This document shows positions 39,287-49,066 of a stretch of DNA of 64,000 nucleotides, piece after piece. This DNA comes from a virus. Its lineage: Duplodnaviria; Caudoviricetes. Position 1 is the stretch's first letter; each line of letters opens with the position of its first letter. The stretch lies in IMG/VR virus record IMGVR_UViG_3300026442_000101; one strand, 5' to 3'. The translations under genes were made by a program, and so were the position numbers. The notes beneath the pieces were generated by a model. That model saw only the letters and a list, made by a program, of their open reading frames with translations, did not search any database and was not told where the DNA came from.

Positions 39287-39429
39287 GCTGCTGCTCCTGC
39301 GGCTTCGGCACGTCCCTCGGCTCGCGCCTTGGCGATTACTTCTGCTCGCTCTTGAGCATTCTTGTGCTTGAGATGATTGATGTACATCCCAAGGCAGATG
39401 CCGATTGCGAGAATAGTTACTTCTTTCAT
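39283..39429 (-). CDS. Small membrane-anchored protein (48 aa)
   Basis: GAGGAGG RBS; MKEVTILAIGICLGMYINHLK. Confidence 0.6.
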   Translation of the reverse strand: MKEVTILAIGICLGMYINHLKHKNAQERAEVIAKARAEGRAEAAGAAA

Positions 39430-39446
39430 TTTGACCTCCTCGGTCG

Positions 39447-39677
39447 TTAAAGAAATCGATTGAGTTCGGTCACCCATGCCTTAACTAGGTGATAGGGCGA
39501 ACTTGTGTTGTGAATTGCGATGTGGCGGATCTTGGATTTGATACTGGGGTTAGCCAGCACTTGTCGACCGATGTCGGTTTTCTTGGCTGCATCCAGATCA
39601 GCTTTAAGTTGAATCATCAACTGCCTGATCTTTTCAGCATCCTGTACGGTGCGTTCTGCGGTGCTCATGGTGCGCAT
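39447..39677 (-). CDS. Hypothetical protein
   Basis: 76 aa in a tightly packed operon. Confidence 0.5.
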   Translation of the reverse strand: MRTMSTAERTVQDAEKIRQLMIQLKADLDAAKKTDIGRQVLANPSIKSKIRHIAIHNTSSPYHLVKAWVTELNRFL

Positions 39678-39862
39678 TCATCCAGAAGGCCGGCTTTGTT
39701 AGTGTCGAGCAGAACACCAGCTTCAGCGCGAAGGTTATTGTTGATACAGTCGCCCGGCCGATCGAGGATATCGAAGAGCAAGGCGACGTTAGCACAAATC
39801 ACCAACACAGCTGCAAGAGCCGTGATGGTGAGGTCTTTTGGTTTATCATCCGTGAAGGTCAT
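39665..39862 (-). CDS. Small membrane protein (65 aa)
   Basis: ATGA overlap with upstream ORF; LTITALAAVLVICANVALLF. Confidence 0.5.
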   Translation of the reverse strand: MTFTDDKPKDLTITALAAVLVICANVALLFDILDRPGDCINNNLRAEAGVLLDTNKAGLLDECAP

Positions 39863-40029
39863 GCTGCACCCATGATCAATGCCACGATGGAGAGGACTAC
39901 GAAACATGGGATACCGATGATCAGGACCCACTTGAGGAAATTGTCAAGCTTTCTGAGCAGCCGCAGTTTCCTACGAGCTGCCATGCTCTCTTCAAGCTGA
40001 CGTTCCAGATCGTTGATAGCTTCGTCCAT
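39859..40029 (-). CDS. Small membrane protein (56 aa)
   Basis: Not in ORF track; MDEAINDLERQLEESMAARRKLRLLRKLDNFLKWVLIIGIPCFVVLSIVALIMGAA; TAATG and ATGA overlaps on both sides. Confidence 0.6.
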   Translation of the reverse strand: MDEAINDLERQLEESMAARRKLRLLRKLDNFLKWVLIIGIPCFVVLSIVALIMGAA

Positions 40030-40547
40030 TACAGTCCAACCTCCTTAGCGTGACGCTGGAACTCCCGGGTGAAGGAGTCCAGGATCTTCTTGGGTTTGTA
40101 ACTACCTTCCAGATCAACCTTGATCATCAGATCCTTGTTGAACTTGTAGAGCGACTTCCAGGCTGCGATACACTTGTTGTTGAACTCAGCTGCAAACTTG
40201 AGCGTAGTGAACTTGCGGTAGCACTTCTCGATTGGATCACGTACCAAGAAGAGACCGTTGATCTCACGGATCTCGTACGCCCGGCGAATACGCGGAAGGA
40301 GACGACGGGTGAAGAGCATTTCCATCGAATTCTCACGCGCTTCAACCGCCATCTCGAATGCTTCGATCGCACCATGCTTCTTAATGCTGAAGGACTTGGA
40401 AGTCCAGCCAGCAGTGTCAGAGAGAACGCTGGCAGTCCAGCGCTCTGCATCTTCCTGATAGCTCACGCCGCATGGGGCACTGAGCACCTTAGTTACGCCA
40501 GCTTCCGATACAACTACTTTACGAGCTTCGAGTTTGATTACAGCCAT
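40029..40547 (-). CDS. AP2-domain DNA-binding protein
   Basis: GVSY...RWTASV...SKSFSIKKHGAIEAFEMAVEARE matches the phage/apicomplexan AP2 pattern; GGAGG RBS. Confidence 0.7.
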   Translation of the reverse strand: MAVIKLEARKVVVSEAGVTKVLSAPCGVSYQEDAERWTASVLSDTAGWTSKSFSIKKHGAIEAFEMAVEARENSMEMLFTRRLLPRIRRAYEIREINGLFLVRDPIEKCYRKFTTLKFAAEFNNKCIAAWKSLYKFNKDLMIKVDLEGSYKPKKILDSFTREFQRHAKEVGL

Positions 40548-40579
40548 TACGTTGACCTCCGCGGTCGATGGGTACAACT

Positions 40580-40915
40580 TCAATGAACGGTCTTGTGACC
40601 TGAGTACCAACCACGCTTCTGTTGCGCGATGGATGGGTTGAAACGTTTGCTGCGCGGCAAGCTACCGTTATAGTTCTCGAGGATCTGCTCGATAACTGCC
40701 GGGTTCTCACAAGTGCGGCGGAGCTCCTTCTCGAAGTCCTCGCGCTCTTTCTTGTCAGAGTAGATCTTCAGGCTACCGAAGATCCGGATGTAAATCGGAC
40801 TGCCATGATCGAAGTAGATCGGGACAGTGCCGATGCGGTGCGTCTCTGGAGGCGGATCAGAATCCCCGCAGAGAATGAGCGGATTGCCCATGATGTTGAT
40901 GGACAGTTGGGACAT
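40580..40915 (-). CDS. Hypothetical protein
   Basis: About 111 aa; GAGGA RBS. Confidence 0.55.
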   Translation of the reverse strand: MSQLSINIMGNPLILCGDSDPPPETHRIGTVPIYFDHGSPIYIRIFGSLKIYSDKKEREDFEKELRRTCENPAVIEQILENYNGSLPRSKRFNPSIAQQKRGWYSGHKTVH

Positions 40916-40926
40916 GGTTTGATTCC

Positions 40927-41418
40927 TCATAGGGGGAATTTCTCCGGGTCAAGTTCGTTCATCCGCTGCGCGAAGTTGGAGTAGAGCGCGGTACCGCGGT
41001 CAGGTTCTCTGACGCAGATATCGAGACACTCAACGAGCGACGTTACGGGGTGACCCTCCTCAGCTGCTTTACGCAGCAAGTTAGTGACATGTGCTTCATG
41101 CTCGGTAAAGACCCGAGTCTTCTTGTAACGCTCGCTTAGGTAGACTTCACCAAGCGAGTCGAATGCGATGTAACCCCGCAGACCGGGCGCTACGATGAGC
41201 GACCGATCAGGGAGTCTTGCAGCCCACTTACGACCGATGTCGTTGCGGTTCTCCACCAGCCAACCGCCAGCATGGTTAGCTGCGCTTTCGACGGATTCAT
41301 GCTCACCAAGATTACTGAAGTGCTCGGTAAACATGAAGTGAATCATGAACAACTCTTCGGGGCTGATTGGATCAGCATCCTTTTGAATTAGTTCGATGAC
41401 GGAGATATCGTTCTTCAT
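40927..41418 (-). CDS. Hypothetical protein
   Basis: 163 aa; GGAGGT RBS. Confidence 0.6.
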   Translation of the reverse strand: MKNDISVIELIQKDADPISPEELFMIHFMFTEHFSNLGEHESVESAANHAGGWLVENRNDIGRKWAARLPDRSLIVAPGLRGYIAFDSLGEVYLSERYKKTRVFTEHEAHVTNLLRKAAEEGHPVTSLVECLDICVREPDRGTALYSNFAQRMNELDPEKFPL

Positions 41419-41427
41419 GGTACCTCC

Positions 41428-41712
41428 TTAAGCAGCCATTGCTTGCGGCAGGTGGAAGACTTCGCCTTCTTCAAGGGCGATGAAGTGGCAGCGCGTGATA
41501 TACTTGCGCAGGTCTTCAGCTTGACTCTCCAGCTTCTCCAGCTTAGCCAGGTCAGTTTGCAGACCAGCCCAGTCGCCGATGTAGGCGCCGACGTTGTTCA
41601 GCTTCTCTTCGAGCTGGGTAGCTTTCTGACGAAGCACTACGCGCTCGCAGGCGGCGAAAGCGATAACTTCTTTGATGGTTTCAACGTTAGCAGCGGTGAT
41701 TACTTGTTGCAT
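41428..41712 (-). CDS. Small coiled-coil protein, first gene of the small-ORF operon
   Basis: 94 aa; GAGGAGG RBS; promoter motif 40 nt upstream. Confidence 0.65.
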   Translation of the reverse strand: MQQVITAANVETIKEVIAFAACERVVLRQKATQLEEKLNNVGAYIGDWAGLQTDLAKLEKLESQAEDLRKYITRCHFIALEEGEVFHLPQAMAA

Positions 41713-41753
41713 GATGTTAGCCTCCTCGGCTATTGATGTTAGGTTCGTGTTGA

Positions 41754-41771
41754 CTATGTATGACTGTAAAA
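41754..41771 (-). promoter_or_regulatory. Phage promoter motif copy 3 (TTTTACAGTCATACATAG)
   Basis: Variant of the repeated motif heading the small-ORF operon. Confidence 0.55.
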
Positions 41772-41820
41772 ATCTTGACTGCAAATAGGATGTAGAGAAA
41801 CCCTCTTATAAAGGTGCGAT

Positions 41821-42369
41821 ATGACCGGTGTAGAACTTCTTATTGGAATGATCACCGAGGCTAACCGGGCTATGCTCGAAGAGGTTAACCTCGTATTGAC
41901 TACAAAGAACATCCGCTTCACCGATCTGTACCCAGGTGAGTGGGAAGGTGGATTCAACACCAAGGTCGGGGCGACTGGTTTCGGTCCAAGACTCGAAGGT
42001 ACCCACGTCTACTATTACAACCGTCTTGACATTCAGCAAGCGTTTGTCGATATCGGCGTGGATGAGGTAGTGGCGCAGGTGGTGGGTGAAGTCACTCCAG
42101 CATCTATCCTTGCGGCACTCGCAACCAAGCACAACCTCTGGCTGCGTCTCGATGACCTGAGCGATTACACCTACGTTGATGGCGTGGCTGTCTTCACCCT
42201 CAAGCCAACGTCCTACGTGTGGCTAGGGACGCTCACCGTCACCGTTGTGAACGAACCCCTGACCTTAGGCGTCATGTTCCCCTTCAACGTCTTAAACGGC
42301 CTCGTTGAGCCTGGTGGCGTTGAGATGACTGATGGCGGGATTTACGAGGAGCTGATCCAGCAGCCGTGA
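41821..42369 (+). CDS. YxRxD adaptor/fibre family member
   Basis: YYYNRLDI; SYVWLG; C-terminal LGVMFPFNVLNGL. Confidence 0.6.
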   Translation: MTGVELLIGMITEANRAMLEEVNLVLTTKNIRFTDLYPGEWEGGFNTKVGATGFGPRLEGTHVYYYNRLDIQQAFVDIGVDEVVAQVVGEVTPASILAALATKHNLWLRLDDLSDYTYVDGVAVFTLKPTSYVWLGTLTVTVVNEPLTLGVMFPFNVLNGLVEPGGVEMTDGGIYEELIQQP

Positions 42370-42411
42370 ATTCTATGACCTTCTGACCATCCATCAACCG
42401 AGACTTCGTGT

Positions 42412-42948
42412 ATGGCCACCGATTACACTAAGAGTGAAGCCGACATCATTGTCGACCTCATTCGTCAGGACAATGGACGCAAGCCACTCACCAGTTCGAT
42501 GGTGACGTTCGGTACGCCAAATGTCTACATCCCTCAGCCCGGGGTGAACCGCAACACTGTCGTGGTGGTCACCGCTCGCCCCGGCCAGACGCTCGAAGGT
42601 AGCCACAGCTACTATTACAACCGGGTACCACTCCCCCAGTTTGTAAACCCCAACGTCCCGGACATCTTGGAATTCGTGATCGAAGGCGAGACCAAGCTGT
42701 CTGAACTTCTCCCTCGAATCAATGAACGCCTCAACATCAACCTTGGCGTGAGTAAGATCTTCGACCGGGACATCCCTGACTTCGAACAGATCGGTTCTGC
42801 TGGAGAAGACATCGAACTTAAGGTGACCTCCAACTCGTTGGTGTTCCTGAGCTCGATCATGATCCACGTCAAACCGGTCCTCATCCCTCTGGGCGCTGTC
42901 ATCAAGACCAAGCGCATGGACGGCCTCACTTACGCACCACCTGTCTGA
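42412..42948 (+). CDS. YxRxD adaptor/fibre family member
   Basis: YYYNRVPL; SLVFLS; LGAVIKTKRMDGLTYAPPV. Confidence 0.65.
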   Translation: MATDYTKSEADIIVDLIRQDNGRKPLTSSMVTFGTPNVYIPQPGVNRNTVVVVTARPGQTLEGSHSYYYNRVPLPQFVNPNVPDILEFVIEGETKLSELLPRINERLNINLGVSKIFDRDIPDFEQIGSAGEDIELKVTSNSLVFLSSIMIHVKPVLIPLGAVIKTKRMDGLTYAPPV

Positions 42949-42950
42949 TG

Positions 42951-42989
42951 CAGCATACATGGGGAGGGCGACCTCCCCTAAATATGCCG
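42951..42989 (+). terminator. Hairpin with GCATA/TATGC flanks
   Basis: cagcata-catggggagg-gcga-cctcccc-taaatatgccg. Confidence 0.7.
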
Positions 42990-43079
42990 TAAATGTTGAC
43001 GAATGCTATAGGGTTGGAGAAGGAAAACCAATTCTATGCATTGGCTATTTATAGCCTATCCCGAAAGCTCTCGAGAGTA

Positions 43080-43631
43080 ATGAAGATGGCCGACAATCTG
43101 ACCCTTGCGCCCAAAGAGGTGCTTTGCGCCCTCATCAACCGCAACAACACCGCACAGGGTGCCGCGCTGACTCCTGAACTGGTAGACTTCGGTCTCCCGA
43201 CTCAGTCCGCCGGCGCCAAGAACACCGACATCACCGTAACCGCCAAAGTAGGCTCCGGTTACACTGGTGCTGAAGTCATCAACTATGACCGCGTCCACCT
43301 GCAGACCGACGTGGTCAACGCCTACGTGGCATCCGCTGCAGGTCGCGACGTAGTCTTCGCTGTTGGCAATGCTGTCAAGATCTCCGACATGATCGCCGAG
43401 ATCAACTCGCGTCTGGCTATCAACCTGACCCCCGACGACTACGTTGACGCCACCCTGCCTGAGTTCACCGGTGTGGCCAACGAAGAGTTGGACGTCCAGG
43501 TTACTGCCAAGGCCGACTCGCTCTGCTACCGCGGCAGCTTCACCTTCAAACTGAAGGCTGAGGACATCCCGCTGAGCGAAGTGATCGTGACCAAGGTCCT
43601 GAACGGCCTGACCTACGCGCCTCCGGCCTGA
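43080..43631 (+). CDS. YxRxD adaptor/fibre family member, probably high-copy
   Basis: NYDRVHL; SLCYRG; LSEVIVTKVLNGLTYAPPA; strong codon bias; own leader and terminator. Confidence 0.65.
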   Translation: MKMADNLTLAPKEVLCALINRNNTAQGAALTPELVDFGLPTQSAGAKNTDITVTAKVGSGYTGAEVINYDRVHLQTDVVNAYVASAAGRDVVFAVGNAVKISDMIAEINSRLAINLTPDDYVDATLPEFTGVANEELDVQVTAKADSLCYRGSFTFKLKAEDIPLSEVIVTKVLNGLTYAPPA

Positions 43632-43644
43632 TGGGTCTCCGATC

Positions 43645-43702
43645 AGACATAAGCACGGACGAGGGGAGGGCACACCCCTCCCCTCGTCCTGTCTGCCCGC
43701 GC
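43645..43702 (+). terminator. Hairpin terminator
   Basis: ggacgaggggaggg-caca-cccctcccctcgtcc. Confidence 0.7.
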
Positions 43703-43715
43703 TAGGAGATGCGTT

Positions 43716-44519
43716 ATGTTTCTGTTACCAGGCGGATCGGAGCAGGCTCTGGTCGACGCCATCAATGCCGTAAACGAACTGCCGACTCCACTTGCCCCCG
43801 ATGACCTGTATCTAGGCAAGTTCACCCCAGTGCCTAACGGCCAGCCGGGTGAGATCTCGCTACCTGTAGTGGCGATGTACAACAGCGACTTCGAAGGCTA
43901 CGTTCGGTTCACGTACAACCGCCTTGATCTCGGCAAGGTCTACGGTACTGTAAAGCCGTCGATCAGACGTGTCGGTTATCCGACCCTCTACAGGTTGCTG
44001 CCGATCATCAACGAGACGCTGGGTCTTTCTCTCACCGAGAACGACGTGGTCGATATCTCGATCACCTGGCTCAACGATAACGAGCAGATCAACATCCCGA
44101 TCGTGGCGAAAGCCGAATCGCCGGTGTATGAAGGTCAGTTCGTAGTCGAGTACGTCCGCGTACGTCCAGAGCTTGCCACCATCGTCTTCCGCGACCTCGA
44201 CGTGCTGAAGCACCCGATCGATCCTGCGCTAGGTAAGAAGTCTATTGCCATGCACACCTGGTCGATGGACTTCACCGATTTCCAATCGGAACTCCTCCTT
44301 CGAAACGGTACGTGGTGGGATATCACTCGCGTCAGGAGAGTGATGGATAAGTTCGGCATGCCTAACTGGCCGCAGGTGCCGACTTCGCCGTGGATTTCTG
44401 TACAGTCCACCAAAGACGTCCCGACTGCCAACAAGTCGTTCACTCACGTTATCGTACAGCGGGATGTCAATCTGCCGGATATGGTTGGCGACGCTTACAT
44501 TCATTTCAACCGTAGCTAA
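43716..44519 (+). CDS. YxRxD family with C-terminal tip domain
   Basis: FTYNRLDL; ends GDAYIHFN. Confidence 0.65.
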   Translation: MFLLPGGSEQALVDAINAVNELPTPLAPDDLYLGKFTPVPNGQPGEISLPVVAMYNSDFEGYVRFTYNRLDLGKVYGTVKPSIRRVGYPTLYRLLPIINETLGLSLTENDVVDISITWLNDNEQINIPIVAKAESPVYEGQFVVEYVRVRPELATIVFRDLDVLKHPIDPALGKKSIAMHTWSMDFTDFQSELLLRNGTWWDITRVRRVMDKFGMPNWPQVPTSPWISVQSTKDVPTANKSFTHVIVQRDVNLPDMVGDAYIHFNRS

Positions 44520-44530
44520 GAGGCTCGCTC

Positions 44531-45361
44531 ATGGCCTTGTATAATGATCCACTCGACACTATCTTGGAGTCGATCAAGACGCTGAACAACGGCGTCTCGC
44601 TGGGGCGTGACGAGTACAACTATTCGGCACCTGGCGTAATCCCAGTAGAAGCCTCCGGCGTCAACACCACCATGACCATTACCTCGCCTGGACCGCAAAG
44701 TCCGTATGCGGGCGAAGTCACGGTGAAACACATCCGCTTGAATCTGGCTGACCTGCTGGTCCTGATCCCTTCTGAAGTAGCGGTGAGCGGCGTGACTACC
44801 ACGCTCGCTTTCGCCCAACAGCTGAACAGCATCTACGGTTTGGCTTTCACTGAAGACGACATCGTCAACGAGCCGGTCGCTCTACCGAACGGTACCGGTC
44901 AGATCACCCTGACCGCTGTAGCTACCTCTCGCGGCTGGATTGGTTCCGTTACCTTCAACGTGGTGCCTGGTCGTCAGAAGCTCGATGAGCTGATCACCGT
45001 CACCCGACTGGATGGCCTGAATTATCCTGACCCGTACGAAGGTAAGCCTTTCGGCAACGCCTACAGCTACTGGCGCGATTATTCGGCGCGCTACAACCTG
45101 CTGGATGTTCTCGTAGCGGGAGAGGGCGGGGATCTGGTGAATGTCAAAGACGCCCTCGTCTACATCACCGGTGACGCGTGGGTTACTGAGGGTTCCAGTC
45201 GTTACTCTCTGGAAGGTACCGAGATTCTCTACGTCGGTCCGACGTCTGGTTACCTTGAGACCAACCAAGCCTACGCCAAAGTCGTGGTGGTGAAATTGGG
45301 TACTGCGTGTCTCGGTTTCTCCGGACGCATGTTCCTCCACTACAACCTGCCAGTTACGTGA
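44531..45361 (+). CDS. YxRxD family with C-terminal tip domain
   Basis: KHIRLNL; LDELITVTRLDGLNYP; ends GRMFLHYN. Confidence 0.65.
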   Translation: MALYNDPLDTILESIKTLNNGVSLGRDEYNYSAPGVIPVEASGVNTTMTITSPGPQSPYAGEVTVKHIRLNLADLLVLIPSEVAVSGVTTTLAFAQQLNSIYGLAFTEDDIVNEPVALPNGTGQITLTAVATSRGWIGSVTFNVVPGRQKLDELITVTRLDGLNYPDPYEGKPFGNAYSYWRDYSARYNLLDVLVAGEGGDLVNVKDALVYITGDAWVTEGSSRYSLEGTEILYVGPTSGYLETNQAYAKVVVVKLGTACLGFSGRMFLHYNLPVT

Positions 45362-45369
45362 GGTGAGAG

Positions 45370-46146
45370 ATGGATAGCGCTGAGAAACTCCGTCAGTTAC
45401 TCAACGACGAGCAGCTGCCACCAAAGCTCTTCACCGAGCGCAACCTGATCATGCGCATCCCGGAAGCCGATGTCGGTGAGGGGTGGAACACCAAGCTGGA
45501 ACTTGAAGGCATCCCGGGTCGCGGCTACTACGGTACCGATGAGGTCTTCTATAAGCGTATCCCGCTTGAGCTGATCCAACGCGTCACACCGCTGCGTTCT
45601 GTCGCTGCCCTGACGCCACAGCTCGTGGTAGACCTCTTCAACGCCAGTACTGGCGCATGGCTGATCCTTGACGACCTTGAGGAGTTCACTCCTCCAGAGT
45701 TGGCTGACGGCGAGAGTGGGTCGGTTACCATCACGGCTAAGTCCACTTCGTTGGGCTTCACCGGTTCGGCGTTGATCAATCTTGAGTACGGTCGTTCGTG
45801 GCTGGATTCCGTAGTCGCATCACGTAACCTCAATGTCCTGACGCATCCCATCAAGGTCGACTATCGAAAGTCGGCCCGCATGCTGACGTGGTCGAAAGAT
45901 TTCACGTCGTTGCGCGATTCCATGCTGCCGGTTAAAGGCATTTATGCCGACTGGGAGATCTTCAGCGCTGCGTGTGGTGAAATGGGTATCCCGACTTGGG
46001 TTCGCGCCAGCTGCACTGATTACCCGACTTCAGCCATACCCGACAGCAACCCCGCTTTCCATCGTGTAGTCATCCAACGAAACGTGGTGAGTGGTGGAAT
46101 GATCGGGGATCTGTACTTCCATTACAATGTCCTCGAAGAGATGTGA
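45370..46146 (+). CDS. YxRxD family with C-terminal tip domain
   Basis: FYKRIPL; SLGFTG; ends GDLYFHYN. Confidence 0.65.
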   Translation: MDSAEKLRQLLNDEQLPPKLFTERNLIMRIPEADVGEGWNTKLELEGIPGRGYYGTDEVFYKRIPLELIQRVTPLRSVAALTPQLVVDLFNASTGAWLILDDLEEFTPPELADGESGSVTITAKSTSLGFTGSALINLEYGRSWLDSVVASRNLNVLTHPIKVDYRKSARMLTWSKDFTSLRDSMLPVKGIYADWEIFSAACGEMGIPTWVRASCTDYPTSAIPDSNPAFHRVVIQRNVVSGGMIGDLYFHYNVLEEM

Positions 46147-46149
46147 CCC

Positions 46150-47097
46150 ATGCCTCTTTACAAAAAGCCCTCGAAAGACTTGGTGTACGACCTCATCAAC
46201 GAGGCGAACCCACAGCTTGAAATTCCAGCCTCGGCACTTAACGTGTCGCTCGGTGTGCCGGCAGCCATTGCCGGTACGTCCTGGCCGGCAAACAACACCA
46301 ACATCGTTCTATCCCCAGCGCCAGGCAGCGGCGACTTCATCGGTCGCCAGACCGTCAGCTACCGTCGCCTGGATCTGTCGGCCTTGTTCCGTGGCCAGAC
46401 CATCCTGATCAAGAAATTCAAGTCTACCGCCAGCTCCAGCTCGGGCACTTTGATGTACACCGTCTATCAGCTGTTGGCGGACATCAACTCTCGGTACGGG
46501 ATGAACCTGACCGAAGACGACGTCAACAATGCCAACATCCTACGGGGCAGTACCCTGGAAGACGGGCAGTACACCACTACCGTTACAGTGAGCACCAAAG
46601 CGACCTCGCTCGGTTATACCGGCAGCTTCTCTCTGAAGTGGCTGAACACCAAGCAGTCGTTGGAAGACATGATTACTGTCCGCACGCTGGGCGGTCGTCT
46701 CTTCCCGGGCGGTAACGACTTCAGTGGGGCGCACAAAGAAATTCTCGCCATGGCCGGTTACGGTATCGATGGCAGCGATGCACTTCGTCGAACCAGCTCG
46801 ACCTGGAACGGTACGGCTACGTCAGGAGTCGTCGCCGCAGCGCACCAAGTGTGGCTGTCCGCCATGCTGGATGATATCAACATCAAGTGCGGCACCAGCT
46901 ATAAATGCACCAACGGCGGATCGTACCTGACCACCAACGAGTTCTTCGGCATGAACTACACGATCGTAGTCCTGCCGCACGCCAACTACCCGGACGCGAA
47001 TACGACAGACTTCAACCGTCTGTTCATCATCACCGCGCCGGCGAACTGTCCATGGGCGGTTGGTGATCTGTACGTCCACGCCAACTACCCGTTCTAA
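46150..47097 (+). CDS. YxRxD family with C-terminal tip domain
   Basis: SYRRLDL; SLGYTG; ends GDLYVHANY. Confidence 0.65.
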   Translation: MPLYKKPSKDLVYDLINEANPQLEIPASALNVSLGVPAAIAGTSWPANNTNIVLSPAPGSGDFIGRQTVSYRRLDLSALFRGQTILIKKFKSTASSSSGTLMYTVYQLLADINSRYGMNLTEDDVNNANILRGSTLEDGQYTTTVTVSTKATSLGYTGSFSLKWLNTKQSLEDMITVRTLGGRLFPGGNDFSGAHKEILAMAGYGIDGSDALRRTSSTWNGTATSGVVAAAHQVWLSAMLDDINIKCGTSYKCTNGGSYLTTNEFFGMNYTIVVLPHANYPDANTTDFNRLFIITAPANCPWAVGDLYVHANYPF

Positions 47098-47110
47098 GGA
47101 TAGGTGAACC

Positions 47111-47986
47111 ATGAGTTTCCTCACTCCGTCCAGACAGGACATTTTGAACTACGTCAACTTGGCGAACAGTACCTCGTACGTGTTGGCTGACGTGACGTTC
47201 GGTACGCCTGCGCCGACCGAAGGTAGTTGGCAGGGCAACGTTACCGATAAGAACACCGTCGTCCGCATCACTGCGGCTGCAGGCGGTACGTTCCAGGGCA
47301 GCGCGGTTGTCGTTTACGATCGCCTCAATCTGGCGAGCCTTGCGAACATCAAGGGTTTCAAGCCCCGCGTTACCGCGCCAGCGACCACGCACGATCTACT
47401 CGCGTCGATCAAGTACTTCACCGGCTTGAGCTTGTCGGTCAATGACATCGAAGCTACCCCAATGACCGACAATGGCAACGGCACCTATTCCGGTACCCTG
47501 ACTGCCAAAGCTGGATCGTGGGGATGGTACGGGAGTCTGCCGATCACTGTGCAGAAGGGCGGCGATCGCCTGAGCGACATCATTACCGATGTTACGCTCG
47601 ACGGCCTGAACTACCCGACGACGTCGGATCAGGAAATCTACGGGGCACTCTACATGTACCCGTACGACATGACCCCATACTTCAACACTCTGATCGATCT
47701 GGAAGACGGCGTAGCGCTTACCACCGAGCAGGTCAATGCCTTGGTGTTGGCGTTCAACGCGGTGGACGTTTCGTCCGGTAAGGGTCTGTGGACTGGTAGC
47801 GGTGCTGCCACTACCTGGACGCTGGGCGGTGCCAAGTGTGTGCGTAACGGCCTCAACGGCTCCGACCTGCCAACCAACCCTGGCTACAAATACGTGGCTG
47901 TGATCGAATTGCGTGCTGACGTCACCACTCCTCGCGGCGTGATGTACCTGCACTACAACGACTACACCGATCCTAACGCCGTTTAA
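47111..47986 (+). CDS. YxRxD family with C-terminal tip domain
   Basis: VYDRLNL; LSDIITDVTLDGLNYP; ends GVMYLHYN. Confidence 0.65.
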   Translation: MSFLTPSRQDILNYVNLANSTSYVLADVTFGTPAPTEGSWQGNVTDKNTVVRITAAAGGTFQGSAVVVYDRLNLASLANIKGFKPRVTAPATTHDLLASIKYFTGLSLSVNDIEATPMTDNGNGTYSGTLTAKAGSWGWYGSLPITVQKGGDRLSDIITDVTLDGLNYPTTSDQEIYGALYMYPYDMTPYFNTLIDLEDGVALTTEQVNALVLAFNAVDVSSGKGLWTGSGAATTWTLGGAKCVRNGLNGSDLPTNPGYKYVAVIELRADVTTPRGVMYLHYNDYTDPNAV

Positions 47987-47991
47987 CATCC

Positions 47992-48018
47992 AGCGGGTCC
48001 CTTCGGGGACCCTTCGCT
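47992..48018 (+). terminator. UUCG hairpin between array sub-blocks
   Basis: gggtccc-ttcg-gggaccc. Confidence 0.6.
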
Positions 48019-48030
48019 AAGGAGCGAGTT

Positions 48031-49056
48031 ATGTTACGAGCTATGCTCGGCTTCGACCACTGTCCCCGGAACGTGGCCAACAGCTGGATTGCCAACTCCG
48101 GCTATTCGATCGAACGCTATTACCTGGACACTGGTGTCGGTCGTGACATCATCGTCGATAACAATGCCAAGTTGTCCATCTCTGCCGGCAACACTGCTGG
48201 CCGTACCTTGCACGTCCTGAACCTCAGTCAGTTCCTGGTCCCGAACGCAGCCAACAGCTTTGTATTCGGCTATCGGGCGAAGATGGAGACGGCCGGCGGT
48301 GCGGTTGGTGACTGGGCGCTATGGGTGGATTACCAGCGTGGTAACACTGGCGCAACCATCCTCAACCTCGGCCATATTTTCGGCACTGTTACGGCCGGTG
48401 TCGAGGCGTACATCGAGATCGTCATCCTGACGTCCGGCGCTGTAGAGTTCTGGAAGGACGGTGTGCTGGTCAGTTACAACGCTACTCTTTTGAGCGGCAT
48501 GATTGCTCAACTGAAAGCTGGTAACTTCTCCCTCGTCTTGCTGGCAGCTACCGCCAACACCCCTGCCGTGATTTCGTATCGCGACTTCTACTTGCTCGAT
48601 GACGTGCCTGGCGATGGTTTCACTTCCCGTCTTGGTTCCCGCGTCGTACGACCGGTCACTATTGACGCTGTTCCGGTGTCTACCGGCTGGAGCGCAACGA
48701 ACTCGCAGACTCCGCTGGAGATCCTCAGTGCACCGATCGATACCGCGAGTCCAGGTCTTCTGACCTCGTCCGTGGGCGCTCAGGCGCTTGAGGTGAGTTT
48801 GAAGTCGACCATCCCGGCCAACACCAAGGTGGAAGCGATTCAGCTCATGGCGGGCGCACTAGGCAGCACTGCGGCTTCTCGCCTAGGTTTCTCTCTGAAG
48901 GATGCTAACGGGGTTACTTCTCGTCGAGTAGTCACGCCAAGCACCACCCTCAAGTACGGTTTGCCGACCGGCTGCTGGACTCGTAGCCCGAGTGGACAAG
49001 AGTGGACCAACGCCACCATCGATAGCACGTCGCTGGTGATCACCCCTGATCTGTGA
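48031..49056 (+). CDS. Lectin/LamG-like beta-sandwich virion protein (paralog 1)
   Basis: YIEIVI...F; YRDFYLLDD...RLG...VRPV; W....ID...L.ITP shared with 50959 and 52087. Fold is inferred. Confidence 0.5.
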   Translation: MLRAMLGFDHCPRNVANSWIANSGYSIERYYLDTGVGRDIIVDNNAKLSISAGNTAGRTLHVLNLSQFLVPNAANSFVFGYRAKMETAGGAVGDWALWVDYQRGNTGATILNLGHIFGTVTAGVEAYIEIVILTSGAVEFWKDGVLVSYNATLLSGMIAQLKAGNFSLVLLAATANTPAVISYRDFYLLDDVPGDGFTSRLGSRVVRPVTIDAVPVSTGWSATNSQTPLEILSAPIDTASPGLLTSSVGAQALEVSLKSTIPANTKVEAIQLMAGALGSTAASRLGFSLKDANGVTSRRVVTPSTTLKYGLPTGCWTRSPSGQEWTNATIDSTSLVITPDL

Positions 49057-49066
49057 GTAATCGGCT

